Shown in pieces: positions 42,139-54,965 of a stretch of DNA of 64,000 bases. Position 1 is the stretch's first letter, and the number at the start of each line of letters is the position of its first letter. The notes beneath the pieces were generated by a model. It did no database searches. It had not been told where the DNA came from and saw nothing but the letters and a program-made list of their open reading frames with translations. This stretch comes from Auanema rhodensis. Taxonomy: Eukaryota > Animalia > Nematoda. The translations under genes and the position numbers were made by a program. The stretch covers positions 23,126,001 to 23,190,000 of the forward strand of contig OZ059894.1 in assembly GCA_964057225.1 (NCBI GenBank), written 5' to 3'.

Positions 42139-45100
42139 GTAACCATGACTTTGAAATTTACGTGAACTTTAATTTATGCTAATTAAATGTACACGTGATG
42201 TGCACTTGGTATGTAACTCGCTTCACGTGAAAGATGAAAAGATGCGGTTTTCAAAATTAGATTCCCCATGTCCATATTAGTCTAAAAACAAATTTTTATT
42301 GATATTGCTGCATGGTAACCATGACTTTGAAATTTACGTGAACTTTAATTTATGCTAATTAAATGTACACGTGATGTGCACTTGGTATGTAACTCGCTTC
42401 ACGTGAAAGATAAAGAGATGCGGTTTTCAAAATTAGATTCCCCATGTCAATATTAGTCTAAAAACAAATTTTTATTGATATTGGTGCATGGTAACCATGA
42501 CTTTGAAATTTACGTGAACTTTAATTTATGCTAATTAAATGTACACGTGATGTGCACTTGGTATGTAACTCGCTTCACGTGAAAGATAAAGAGATGCGGT
42601 TTTCAAAATTAGATTCCCCATGTCCATATTAGTCTAAAAACAAATTTTTATTGATATTGGTTCATGGTAACCATGACTTTGAAATTTACGTGAACTTTAA
42701 TTCATGCTAATTAAATGTACACGTGATGTGCACATGGTATGTAACTCGCTTCACGTGAAAGATAAAGAGATGCGGTTTTCAAAATTAGATTCCCCATGTC
42801 CATATTTGTCTAAAAACAAATTTTTATTGATATTGGTTCATGGTAACCATGACTTTGAAATTTACGTGAACTTTAATTTATGCTAATTAAATGTACACGT
42901 GATGTGCACTTGGTATGTAACTCGCTTCACGTGAAAGATAAAGAGATGCGGTTTTCAAAATTAGATTCCCCATGTCCATATTAGTCTAAAAACAAATTTT
43001 TATTGATATTGGTTCATGGTAACCATGACTTTGAAATTTACGTGAACTTTAATTTATGCTAATTAAATGTACACGTGATGTGCACTTGGTATGTAACTCG
43101 CTTCACGTGAAAGATAAAGAGATGCGGTTTTCAAAATTAGATTCCCCATGTCCATATTAGTCTAAAAACAAATTTTTATTGATATTGGTTCATGGTAACC
43201 ATGACTTTGAAATTTACGTGAACTTTAATTTATGCTAATTAAATGTACACGTGATGTGCACTTGGTATGTAACTCGCTTCACGTGAAAGATGAAAAGATG
43301 CGGTTTTCAAAATTAGATTCCCCATGTCCATATTTGTCTAAAAACAAATTTTTATTGATATTGGTGCATGGTAACCATGACTTTGAAATTTACGTGAACT
43401 TTAATTTATGCTAATTAAATGTACACGTGATGTGCACTTGGTATGTAACTCGCTTCACGTGAAAGATAAAGAGATGCGGTTTTCAAAATTAGATTCCCCA
43501 TGTCAATATTAGTCTAAAAACAAATTTTTATTGATATTGGTGCATGGTAACCATGACTTTGAAATTTACGTGAACTTTAATTTATGCTAATTAAATGTAC
43601 ACGTGATGTGCACTTGGTATGTAACTCGCTTCACGTGAAAGATAAAGAGATGCGGTTTTCAAAATTAGATTCCCCATGTCCATATTAGTCTAAAAACAAA
43701 TTTTTATTGATATTGGTTCATGGTAACCATGACTTTGAAATTTACGTGAACTTTAATTCATGCTAATTAAATGTACACGTGATGTGCACATGGTATGTAA
43801 CTCGCTTCACGTGAAAGATAAAGAGATGCGGTTTTCAAAATTAGATTCCCCATGTCCATATTTGTCTAAAAACAAATTTTTATTGATATTGGTTCATGGT
43901 AACCATGACTTTGAAATTTACGTGAACTTTAATTTATGCTAATTAAATGTACACGTGATGTGCACTTGGTATGTAACTCGCTTCACGTGAAAGATAAAGA
44001 GATGCGGTTTTCAAAATTAGATTCCCCATGTCCATATTAGTCTAAAAACGAATTTTTATTGATATTGGTTCATGGTAACCATGACTTTGAAATTTACGTG
44101 AACTTTAATTTATGCTAATTAAATGTACACGTGATGTGCACTTGGTATGTAACTCGCTTCACGTGAAAGATGAAAAGATGCGGTTTTCAAAATTAGATTC
44201 CCCATGTCCATATTAGTCTAAAAACAAATTTTTATTGATATTGCTGCATGGTAACCATGACTTTGAAATTTACGTGAACTTTAATTTATGCTAATTAAAT
44301 GTACACGTGATGTGCACTTGGTATGTAACTCGCTTCACGTGAAAGATAAAGAGATGCGGTTTTCAAAATTAGATTCCCCATGTCAATATTAGTCTAAAAA
44401 CAAATTTTTATTGATATTGGTGCATGGTAACCATGACTTTGAAATTTACGTGAACTTTAATTTATGCTAATTAAATGTACACGTGATGTGCACTTGGTAT
44501 GTAACTCGCTTCACGTGAAAGATAAAGAGATGCGGTTTTCAAAATTAGATTCCCCATGTCCATATTAGTCTAAAAACAAATTTTTATTGATATTGGTTCA
44601 TGGTAACCATGACTTTGAAATTTACGTGAACTTTAATTCATGCTAATTAAATGTACACGTGATGTGCACATGGTATGTAACTCGCTTCACGTGAAAGATA
44701 AAGAGATGCGGTTTTCAAAATTAGATTCCCCATGTCCATATTTGTCTAAAAACAAATTTTTATTGATATTGGTTCATGGTAACCATGACTTTGAAATTTA
44801 CGTGAACTTTAATTTATGCTAATTAAATGTACACGTGATGTGCACTTGGTATGTAACTCGCTTCACGTGAAAGATAAAGAGATGCGGTTTTCAAAATTAG
44901 ATTCCCCATGTCCATATTAGTCTAAAAACAAATTTTTATTGATATTGGTTCATGGTAACCATGACTTTGAAATTTACGTGAACTTTAATTTATGCTAATT
45001 AAATGTACACGTGATGTGCACTTGGTATGTAACTCGCTTCACGTGAAAGATAAAGAGATGCGGTTTTCAAAATTAGATTCCCCATGTCCATATTAGTCTA

Positions 45101-46107
45101 AAAACAAATTTTTATTGATATTGGTTCATGGTAACCATGACTTTGAAATTTACGTGAACTTTAATTTATGCTAATTAAATGTACACGTGATGTGCACTTG
45201 GTATGTAACTCGCTTCACGTGAAAGATGAAAAGATGCGGTTTTCAAAATTAGATTCCCCATGTCCATATTTGTCTAAAAACAAATTTTTATTGATATTGG
45301 TGCATGGTAACCATGACTTTGAAATTTACGTGAACTTTAATTTATGCTAATTAAATGTACACGTGATGTGCACTTGGTATGTAACTCGCTTCACGTGAAA
45401 GATAAAGAGATGCGGTTTTCAAAATTAGATTCCCCATGTCAATATTAGTCTAAAAACAAATTTTTATTGATATTGGTGCATGGTAACCATGACTTTGAAA
45501 TTTACGTGAACTTTAATTTATGCTAATTAAATGTACACGTGATGTGCACTTGGTATGTAACTCGCTTCACGTGAAAGATAAAGAGATGCGGTTTTCAAAA
45601 TTAGATTCCCCATGTCCATATTAGTCTAAAAACAAATTTTTATTGATATTGGTTCATGGTAACCATGACTTTGAAATTTACGTGAACTTTAATTCATGCT
45701 AATTAAATGTACACGTGATGTGCACATGGTATGTAACTCGCTTCACGTGAAAGATAAAGAGATGCGGTTTTCAAAATTAGATTCCCCATGTCCATATTTG
45801 TCTAAAAACAAATTTTTATTGATATTGGTTCATGGTAACCATGACTTTGAAATTTACGTGAACTTTAATTTATGCTAATTAAATGTACACGTGATGTGCA
45901 CTTGGTATGTAACTCGCTTCACGTGAAAGATAAAGAGATGCGGTTTTCAAAATTAGATTCCCCATGTCCATATTAGTCTAAAAACGAATTTTTATTGATA
46001 TTGGTTCATGGTAACCATGACTTTGAAATTTACGTGAACTTTAATTTATGCTAATTAAATGTACACGTGATGTGCACTTGGTATGTAACTCGCTTCACGT
46101 GAAAGAT
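42139..46107. repeat. 11-monomer (1936 bp) tandem duplication
   Basis: ttgctgcatg 42308/44244, aaaacgaat 44050/45986, ORF-marked monomers 42704/44640, 43232/45168, 43760/45696. Confidence 0.92.
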
Positions 46108-48939
46108 AAAGAGATGCGGTTTTCAAAATTAGATTCCCCATGTCCATATTAGTCTAAAAACAAATTTTTATTGATATTGGTTCATGGTAACCATGACTTT
46201 GAAATTTACGTGAACTTTAATTTATGCTAATTAAATGTACACGTGATGTGCACTTGGTATGTAACTCGCTTCACGTGAAAGATGAAAAGATGCGGTTTTC
46301 AAAATTAGATTCCCCATGTCCATATTAGTCTAAAAACAAATTTTTATTGATATTGGTGCATGGTAACCATGACTTTGAAATTTACGTGAACTTTAATTTA
46401 TGCTAATTAAATGTACACGTGATGTGCACTTGGTATGTAACTCGCTTCACGTGAAAGATAAAGAGATGCGGTTTTCAAAATTAGATTCCCCATGTCAATA
46501 TTAGTCTAAAAACAAATTTTTATTGATATTGGTGCATGGTAACCATGACTTTGAAATTTACGTGAACTTTAATTTATGCTAATTAAATGTACACGTGATG
46601 TGCACTTGGTATGTAACTCGCTTCACGTGAAAGATAAAGAGATGCGGTTTTCAAAATTAGATTCCCCATGTCCATATTAGTCTAAAAACAAATTTTTATT
46701 GATATTGGTTCATGGTAACCATGACTTTGAAATTTACGTGAACTTTAATTCATGCTAATTAAATGTACACGTGATGTGCACATGGTATGTAACTCGCTTC
46801 ACGTGAAAGATAAAGAGATGCGGTTTTCAAAATTAGATTCCCCATGTCCATATTTGTCTAAAAACAAATTTTTTTTGATATTGGTTCATGGTAACCATGA
46901 CTTTGAAATTTACGTGAACTTTAATTTATGCTAATTAAATGTACACGTGATGTGCACTTGGTATGTAACTCGCTTCACGTGAAAGATAAAGAGATGCGGT
47001 TTTCAAAATTAGATTCCCCATGTCCATATTAGTCTAAAAACAAATTTTTATTGATATTGGTTCATGGTAACCATGACTTTGAAATTTACGTGAACTTTAA
47101 TTTATGCTAATTAAATGTACACGTGATGTGCACTTGGTATGTAACTCGCTTCACGTGAAAGATAAAGAGATGCGGTTTTCAAAATTAGATTCCCCATGTC
47201 CATATTAGTCTAAAAACAAATTTTTATTGATATTGGTTCATGGTAACCATGACTTTGAAATTTACGTGAACTTTAATTTATGCTAATTAAATGTACACGT
47301 GATGTGCACTTGGTATGTAACTCGCTTCACGTGAAAGATAAAGAGATGCGGTTTTCAAAATTAGATTCCCCATGTCCATATTAGTCTAAAAACAAATTTT
47401 TATTGATATTGGTGCATGGTAACCATGTCTTTGAAATTTACGTGAACTTTAATTTATGCTAATTAAATGTACACGTGATGTGCACTTGGTATGTAACTCG
47501 CTTCACGTAAAAGATGAAGAGATGCTGTTTTCAAAATTAGATTCCCCATGTCCATATTAGTCTAAAAACAAATTTTTATTGATATTGGTGCATGGTAACC
47601 ATGTCTTTGAAATTTACGTGAACTTTAATTTATGCTAATTAAATGTACACGTGATGTGCACTTGGTATGTAACTCGCTTCAGGTGAAAGATAAAGAGATG
47701 CGGTTTTCAAAATTAGATTCCCCATGTCCATATTAGTCTAAAAATGAATTTTTATTGATATTGGTGCATGGTAACCATGTCTTTGGAATTTACGTGAACT
47801 TTAATTTATGCTAATTAAATGTACACGTGATGTGCACTTGGTATGTAACTCGCTTCACGTAAAAGATAAAGAGATGCGGTTTCCAAAATTAGATTCCCCA
47901 TGTCCATATTAGTCTAAAAACAAATTTTTATTGATATTGGTGCATGGTAACCATGACTTTGAAATTTACGTGAACTTTAATTTATGCTAATTAAATGTAC
48001 ACGTGATGTGCACTTGGTATGTAACTCGCTTCACGTGAAAGATAAAGAGATGCGGTTTCAAAATTAGATTCCCCATGTCCATATTAGTCTAAAAACAAAT
48101 TTTTATTGATATTGGTGCATGGTAACCATGTCTTTGAAATTTACGTGAACTTTAATTTATGCTAATTAAATGTACACGTGATGTGCAATTGGTATGTAAT
48201 TCGCTTCACGTGAAAGATAAAGAGATGCAGTTTTCAAAATTAGATTCCCCATGTCCATATTAGTCTAAAAACAAATTTTTATTGATATTGGTTCATGGTA
48301 ACCATGACTTTGAAATTTACGTGAACTTTAATTTATGCTAATTAAATGTACACGTGATGTGCACTTGGTATGTAACTCGCTTCAGGTGAAAGATAAAGAG
48401 ATGCGGTTTTCAAAATTAGATTCCCCATGTCCATATTAGTCTAAAAACAAATTTTTATTGATATTGGTGCATGGTAACCATGTCTTTGGAATTTACGTGA
48501 ACTTTAATTTATGCTAATTAAGTGTACACGTGATGTGCACTTGGTATGTAACTCGCTTCACGTGAAAGATAAAGAGATGCGGTTTTCAAAATTAGATTCC
48601 CCATGTCCATATTAGTCTAAAAACAAATTTTTATTGATATTGGTGCATGGTAACCATGACTTTGAAATTTACGTGAACTTTAATTTATGCTAATTAAATG
48701 TACACGTGATGTGCACTTGGTATGTAACTCGCTTCACGTGAAAGATAAAGAGATGCGGTTTTCAAAATTAGATTCCCCATGTCCATATTAGTCTAAAAAC
48801 AAATTTTTATTGATATTGGTGCATGGTAACCATGACTTTGAAATTTACGTGAACTTTAATTTATGCTAATTAAATGTACACGTGATGTGCACTTGGTATG
48901 TAACTCGCTTCACGTGAAAGATAAAGAGATGCGGTTTTC

Positions 48940-51900
48940 AAAATTAGATTCCTCATGTCCATATTAGTCTAAAAACAAATTTTTATTGATATTGGTGCAT
49001 GGTAACCATGACTTTGAAATTTACGTGAACTTTAATTTATGCTAATTAAATGTACACGTGATGTGCATTTGGTATGTAACTCGCTTCACGTGAAAGATAA
49101 AATGATGCGGTTTTCAAAACTAGATTCTTCATGTCCATATTAGTCTAAAAACAAATTTTTATTGATATTGGTTCATGGTAACCATGACTTTGAAATTTAC
49201 GTGAACTTTAATTTATGCTAATTAAATGTACATGTGATGTGCACTTGGTATGTAACTCGCTTCACGTGAAAGATAAAGAGATGCGGTTTTCAAAATTAGA
49301 TTCCTCATGTCCATATTAGTCTAAAACAAATTTTTATTGATATTGGTGCATGGTAACCATGACTTTGAAATTTACGTGAACTTTAATTTATGCTAATTAA
49401 ATGTACACGTGATGTGCATTTGGTATGTAACTCGCTTCACGTGAAAGATAAAATGATGCGGTTTTCAAAACTAGATTCTTCATGTCCATATTAGTCTAAA
49501 AACAAATTTTTATTGATATTGGTTCATGGTAACCATGACTTTGAAATTTACGTGAACTTTAATTTATGCTAATTAAATGTACATGTGATGTGCACTTGGT
49601 ATGTAACTCGCTTCACGTGAAAGATAAAGAGATGCGGTTTTCAAAATTAGATTCCTCATGTCCATATTAGTCTAAAACAAATTTTTATTGATATTGGTTC
49701 ATGGTAACCATGACTTTGAAATTTACGTGAACTTTAATTTATGCTAATTAAATGTACACGTGATGTGCACTTGGTATGTAACTCGCTTCACGTGAAAGAT
49801 AAAGAGATGCGGTTTTCAAAATTAGCTTCCCCATGTCCATATTAGTCTGAAAACAAATTTTCATTGATATTGGTGCATGGTAACCATGACTTTGAAATTT
49901 ACGTGAACTTTAATTTATGCTAATTAAATGTACACGTGATTTGCACTTGGTATGTAACTCGCTTCACGTGAAAGATGAAAAGATGCGGTTTTCAAAATTA
50001 GATTCCCCATGTCCATATTAGTCTAAAAACAAATTTTTATTGATATTGGTGCATGGTAACCATGATTTTGATATTTACGTGAACTTTAATTAATGCTAAT
50101 TAAATGTACACGTGATGTGCACTTGGTATGTAACTCGCTTCACGTGAAAGATAAAGAGATGCGGTTTTCAAAATTAGATTCCCCATGTCAATATTAGTCT
50201 AAAAACAAATTTTTATTGATATTGGTGCATGGTAACCATGACTTTGAAATTTACGTGAACTTTAATTTATGCTAATTAAATGTACACGTGATGTGCACTT
50301 GGTATGTAACTCGCTTCACGTGAAAGATAAAGAGATGCGGTTTTCAAAATTAGATTCCCCATGTCCATATTAGTCTAAAAACAAATTTTTATTGATATTG
50401 GTTCATGGTAACCATGACTTTGAAATTTACGTGAACTTTAATTCATGCTAATTAAATGTACACGTGATGTGCACATGGTATGTAACTCGCTTCACGTGAA
50501 AGATAAAGAGATGCGGTTTTCAAAATTAGATTCCCCATGTCCATATTTGTCTAAAAACAAATTTTTATTGATATTGGTTCATGGTAACCATGACTTTGAA
50601 ATTTACGTGAACTTTAATTTATGCTAATTAAATGTACACGTGATGTGCACTTGGTATGTAACTCGCTTCACGTGAAAGATAAAGAGATGCGGTTTTCAAA
50701 ATTAGATTCCCCATGTCAATATTAGTCTAAAAACAAATTTTTATTGATATTGGTGCATGGTAACCATGACTTTGAAATTTACGTGAACTTTAATTTATGC
50801 TAATTAAATGTACACGTGATGTGCACTTGGTATGTAACTCGCTTCACGTGAAAGATAAAGAGATGCGGTTTTCAAAATTAGATTCCCCATGTCCATATTA
50901 GTCTAAAAACAAATTTTTATTGATATTGGTTCATGGTAACCATGACTTTGAAATTTACGTGAACTTTAATTTATGCTAATTAAATGTACACGTGATGTGC
51001 ATTTGGTATGTAACTCGCTTCACGTGAAAGATAAAATGATGCGGTTTTCAAAACTAGATTCTTCATGTCCATATTAGTCTAAAAACAAATTTTTATTGAT
51101 ATTGGTTCATGGTAACCATGACTTTGAAATTTACGTGAACTTTAATTTATGCTAATTAAATGTACATGTGATGTGCACTTGGTATGTAACTCGCTTCACG
51201 TGAAAGATAAAGAGATGCGGTTTTCAAAATTAGATTCCTCATGTCCATATTAGTCTAAAACAAATTTTTATTGATATTGGTTCATGGTAACCATGACTTT
51301 GAAATTTACGTGAACTTTAATTTATGCTAATTAAATGTACACGTGATGTGCACTTGGTATGTAACTCGCTTCACGTGAAAGATAAAGAGATGCGGTTTTC
51401 AAAATTAGCTTCCCCATGTCCATATTAGTCTAAAAACAAATTTTCATTGATATTGGTGCATGGTAACCATGACTTTGAAATTTACGTGAACTTTAATTTA
51501 TGCTAATTAAATGTACACGTGATTTGCACTTGGTATGTAACTCGCTTCACGTGAAAGATGAAAAGATGCGGTTTTCAAAATTAGATTCCCCATGTCCATA
51601 TTAGTCTAAAAACAAATTTTTATTGATATTGGTGCATGGTAACCATGATTTTGATATTTACGTGAACTTTAATTAATGCTAATTAAATGTACACGTGATG
51701 TGCACTTGGTATGTAACTCGCTTCACGTGAAAGATAAAGAGATGCGGTTTTCAAAATTAGATTCCCCATGTCAATATTAGTCTAAAAACAAATTTTTATT
51801 GATATTGGTGCATGGTAACCATGACTTTGAAATTTACGTGAACTTTAATTTATGCTAATTAAATGTACACGTGATGTGCACTTGGTATGTAACTCGCTTC

Positions 51901-52280
51901 ACGTGAAAGATAAAGAGATGCGGTTTTCAAAATTAGATTCCCCATGTCCATATTAGTCTAAAAACAAATTTTTATTGATATTGGTTCATGGTAACCATGA
52001 CTTTGAAATTTACGTGAACTTTAATTCATGCTAATTAAATGTACACGTGATGTGCACATGGTATGTAACTCGCTTCACGTGAAAGATAAAGAGATGCGGT
52101 TTTCAAAATTAGATTCCCCATGTCCATATTTGTCTAAAAACAAATTTTTATTGATATTGGTTCATGGTAACCATGACTTTGAAATTTACGTGAACTTTAA
52201 TTTATGCTAATTAAATGTACACGTGATGTGCACTTGGTATGTAACTCGCTTCACGTGAAAGATAAAGAGATGCGGTTTTC
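48940..52280. repeat. 2-monomer (351 bp) duplication followed by a 9-monomer (1583 bp) tandem duplication
   Basis: The gcattt/aaatgatg/aactagattcttc monomer occurs at 49068, 49419 (+351) and 51002 (+1583). gatttgcac 49941/51524; ORF-marked monomers 50445/52028; shared ctaaaac 1-bp deletion. Confidence 0.88.
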
Positions 52281-54900
52281 AAAATTAGATTCCCCATGTC
52301 CATATTAGTCTAAAAACAAATTTTTATTGATATTGGTTCATGGTAACCATGACTTTGAAATTTACGTGAACTTTAATTTATGCTAATTAAATGTACACGT
52401 GATGTGCACTTGGTATGTAACTCGCTTCACGTGAAAGATAAAGAGATGCGGTTTTCAAAATTAGATTCCCCATGTCCATATTAGTCTAAAAACAAATTTT
52501 TATTGATATTGGTTCATGGTAACCATGACTTTGAAATTTACGTGAACTTTAATTTATGCTAATTAAATGTACACGTGATGTGCACTTGGTATGTAACTCG
52601 CTTCACGTGAAAGATAAAGAGATGCGGTTTTCAAAATTAGATTCCCCATGTCCATATTAGTCTAAAAACAAATTTTTATTGATATTGGTGCATGGTAACC
52701 ATGTCTTTGAAATTTACGTGAACTTTAATTTATGCTAATTAAATGTACACGTGATGTGCACTTGGTATGTAACTCGCTTCACGTAAAAGATGAAGAGATG
52801 CTATTTTCAAAATTAGATTCCCCATGTCCATATTAGTCTAAAAACAAATTTTTATTGATATTGGTGCATGGTAACCATGTCTTTGAAATTTACGTGAACT
52901 TTAATTTATGCTAATTAAATGTACACGTGATGTGCACTTGGTATGTAACTCGCTTCAGGTGAAAGATAAAGAGATGCGGTTTTCAAAATTAGATTCCCCA
53001 TGTCCATATTAGTCTAAAAATAAATTTTTATTGATATTGGTGCATGGTAACCATGTCTTTGGAATTTACGTGAACTTTAATTTATGCTAATTAAATGTAC
53101 ACGTGATGTGCACTTGGTATGTAACTCGCTTCACGTAAAAGATAAAGAGATGCGGTTTCCAAAATTAGATTCCTCATGTCCATATTAGTCTAAAAACAAA
53201 TTTTTATTGATATTGGTGCATGGTAACCATGACTTTGAAATTTACGTGAACTTTAATTTATGCTAATTAAATGTACACGTGATGTGCACTTGGTATGTAA
53301 CTCGCTTCACGTGAAAGATAAAGAGATGCGGTTTCAAAATTAGATTCCCCATGTCCATATTAGTCTAAAAACAAATTTTTATTGATATTGGTGCATGGTA
53401 ACCATGTCTTTGAAATTTACGTGAACTTTAATTTATGCTAATTAAATGTACACGTGATGTGCACTTGGTATGTAATTCGCTTCACGTGAAAGATAAAGAG
53501 ATGCAGTTTTCAAAATTAGATTCCCCATGTCCATATTAGTCTAAAAACAAATTTTTATTGATATTGGTTCATGGTAACCATGACTTTGAAATTTACGTGA
53601 ACTTTAATTTATGCTAATTAAATGTACACGTGATGTGCACTTGGTATGTAACTCGCTTCAGGTGAAAGATAAAGAGATGCGGTTTTCAAAATTAGATTCC
53701 CCATGTCCATATTAGTCTAAAAACAAATTTTTATTGATATTGGTGCATGGTAACCATGTCTTTGGAATTTACGTGAACTTTAATTTATGCTAATTAAATG
53801 TACACGTGATGTGCACTTGGTATGTAACTCGCTTCACGTGAAAGATAAAGAGATGCGGTTTTCAAAATTAGATTCCCCATGTCCATATTAGTCTAAAAAC
53901 AAATTTTTATTGATATTGGTGCATGGTAACCATGACTTTGAAATTTACGTGAACTTTAATTTATGCTAATTAAATGTACACGTGATGTGCACTTGGTATG
54001 TAACTCGCTTAACGTGAAAGATAAAGAGATGCGGTTTTCAAAATTAGATTCCCCATGTCCATATTAGTCTAAAAACAAATTTTTATTGATATTGGTGCAT
54101 GGTAACCATGACTTTGAAATTTACGTGAACTTTAATTTATGCTAATTAAATGTACACGTGATCTGCACTTGGTATGTAACTCGCTTCACGTGAAAGATAA
54201 AGAGATGCGGTTTTCAAAATTAGCTTCCCCATGTCCATATTAGTCTAAAAACAAATTTTCATTGATATTGGTGCATGGTAACCATGACTTTGAAATTTAC
54301 GTGAACTTTAATTTATGCTAATTAAATGTACACGTGATGTGCACTTGGTATGTAACTCGCTTCACGTGAAAGATAAAGAGATGCGGTTTTCAAAATTAGC
54401 TTCCCCATGTCCATATTAGTCTAAAAACAAATTTTCATTGATATTGGTGCATGGTAACCATGACTTTGAAATTTACGTGAACTTTAATTTATGCTAATTA
54501 AATGTACACGTGATGTGCACTTGGTATGTAACTCGCTTCACGTGAAAGATAAAGAGATGCGGTTTTCAAAATTAGATTCCCCATGTCCATATTAGTCTAA
54601 AAACAAATTTTTATTGATATTGGTGCATGGTAACCATGATTTTGATATTTACGTGAACTTTAATTTATGCTAATTACATGTACACGTGATGTGCACTTGG
54701 TATGTAACTCGCTTCACGTAAAAGATAGAGATATGCGGTTTTCAAAATTAGATTTCTCATGTCCATATTAGTCTAAAAACAAATTTTTATTGATATTGGT
54801 GCATGGTAACCATGACTTTGAAATTTACGTGAACTTTAATTTATGCTAATTAAATGTACACGTGATGTGCACTTGGTATGTAACTCGCTTCAGGTGAAAG

Positions 54901-54965
54901 AATTTGAAATTTTTTGAAAAAATTTTTGTCAAAATGTTTTTGGAAGCAATGTTGAGTGTACATGG
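54901..54965. other. 65-bp non-consensus segment replacing 52 bp of the monomer (188-bp chimeric monomer), copy 1
   Basis: aatttgaaattttttgaaaaaatttttgtcaaaatgtttttggaagcaatgttgagtgtacatgg lies between ...caggtgaaag and aaacaaattttaatgatattgg. ATG-to-ATG distance 54843 to 55031 = 188. Confidence 0.97.

Larger units (their letters stand above)
34260..47300. repeat. Domain dominated by a 6-monomer (1056 bp) higher-order repeat
   Basis: Ordered marker cycle gatgaaaag / gtcaatatt / aattcatg+cacatgg / tatttgtc. gatgaaaag G at 34316, 35372, 36428, 39244, 42236, 43292, 44172 (one 5-mer step), 45228, 46284. Confidence 0.9.

Noticed and set aside
34784-52210. Seventeen 60-aa ORFs (MLIKCTRDVH...)
   Set aside because: Each is a monomer in which tatTAGtct became tatTTGtct, removing the only in-frame stop. 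They track the duplication history, 176 is not a multiple of 3, and there is no recognisable domain or gene context. They are useful only as markers.
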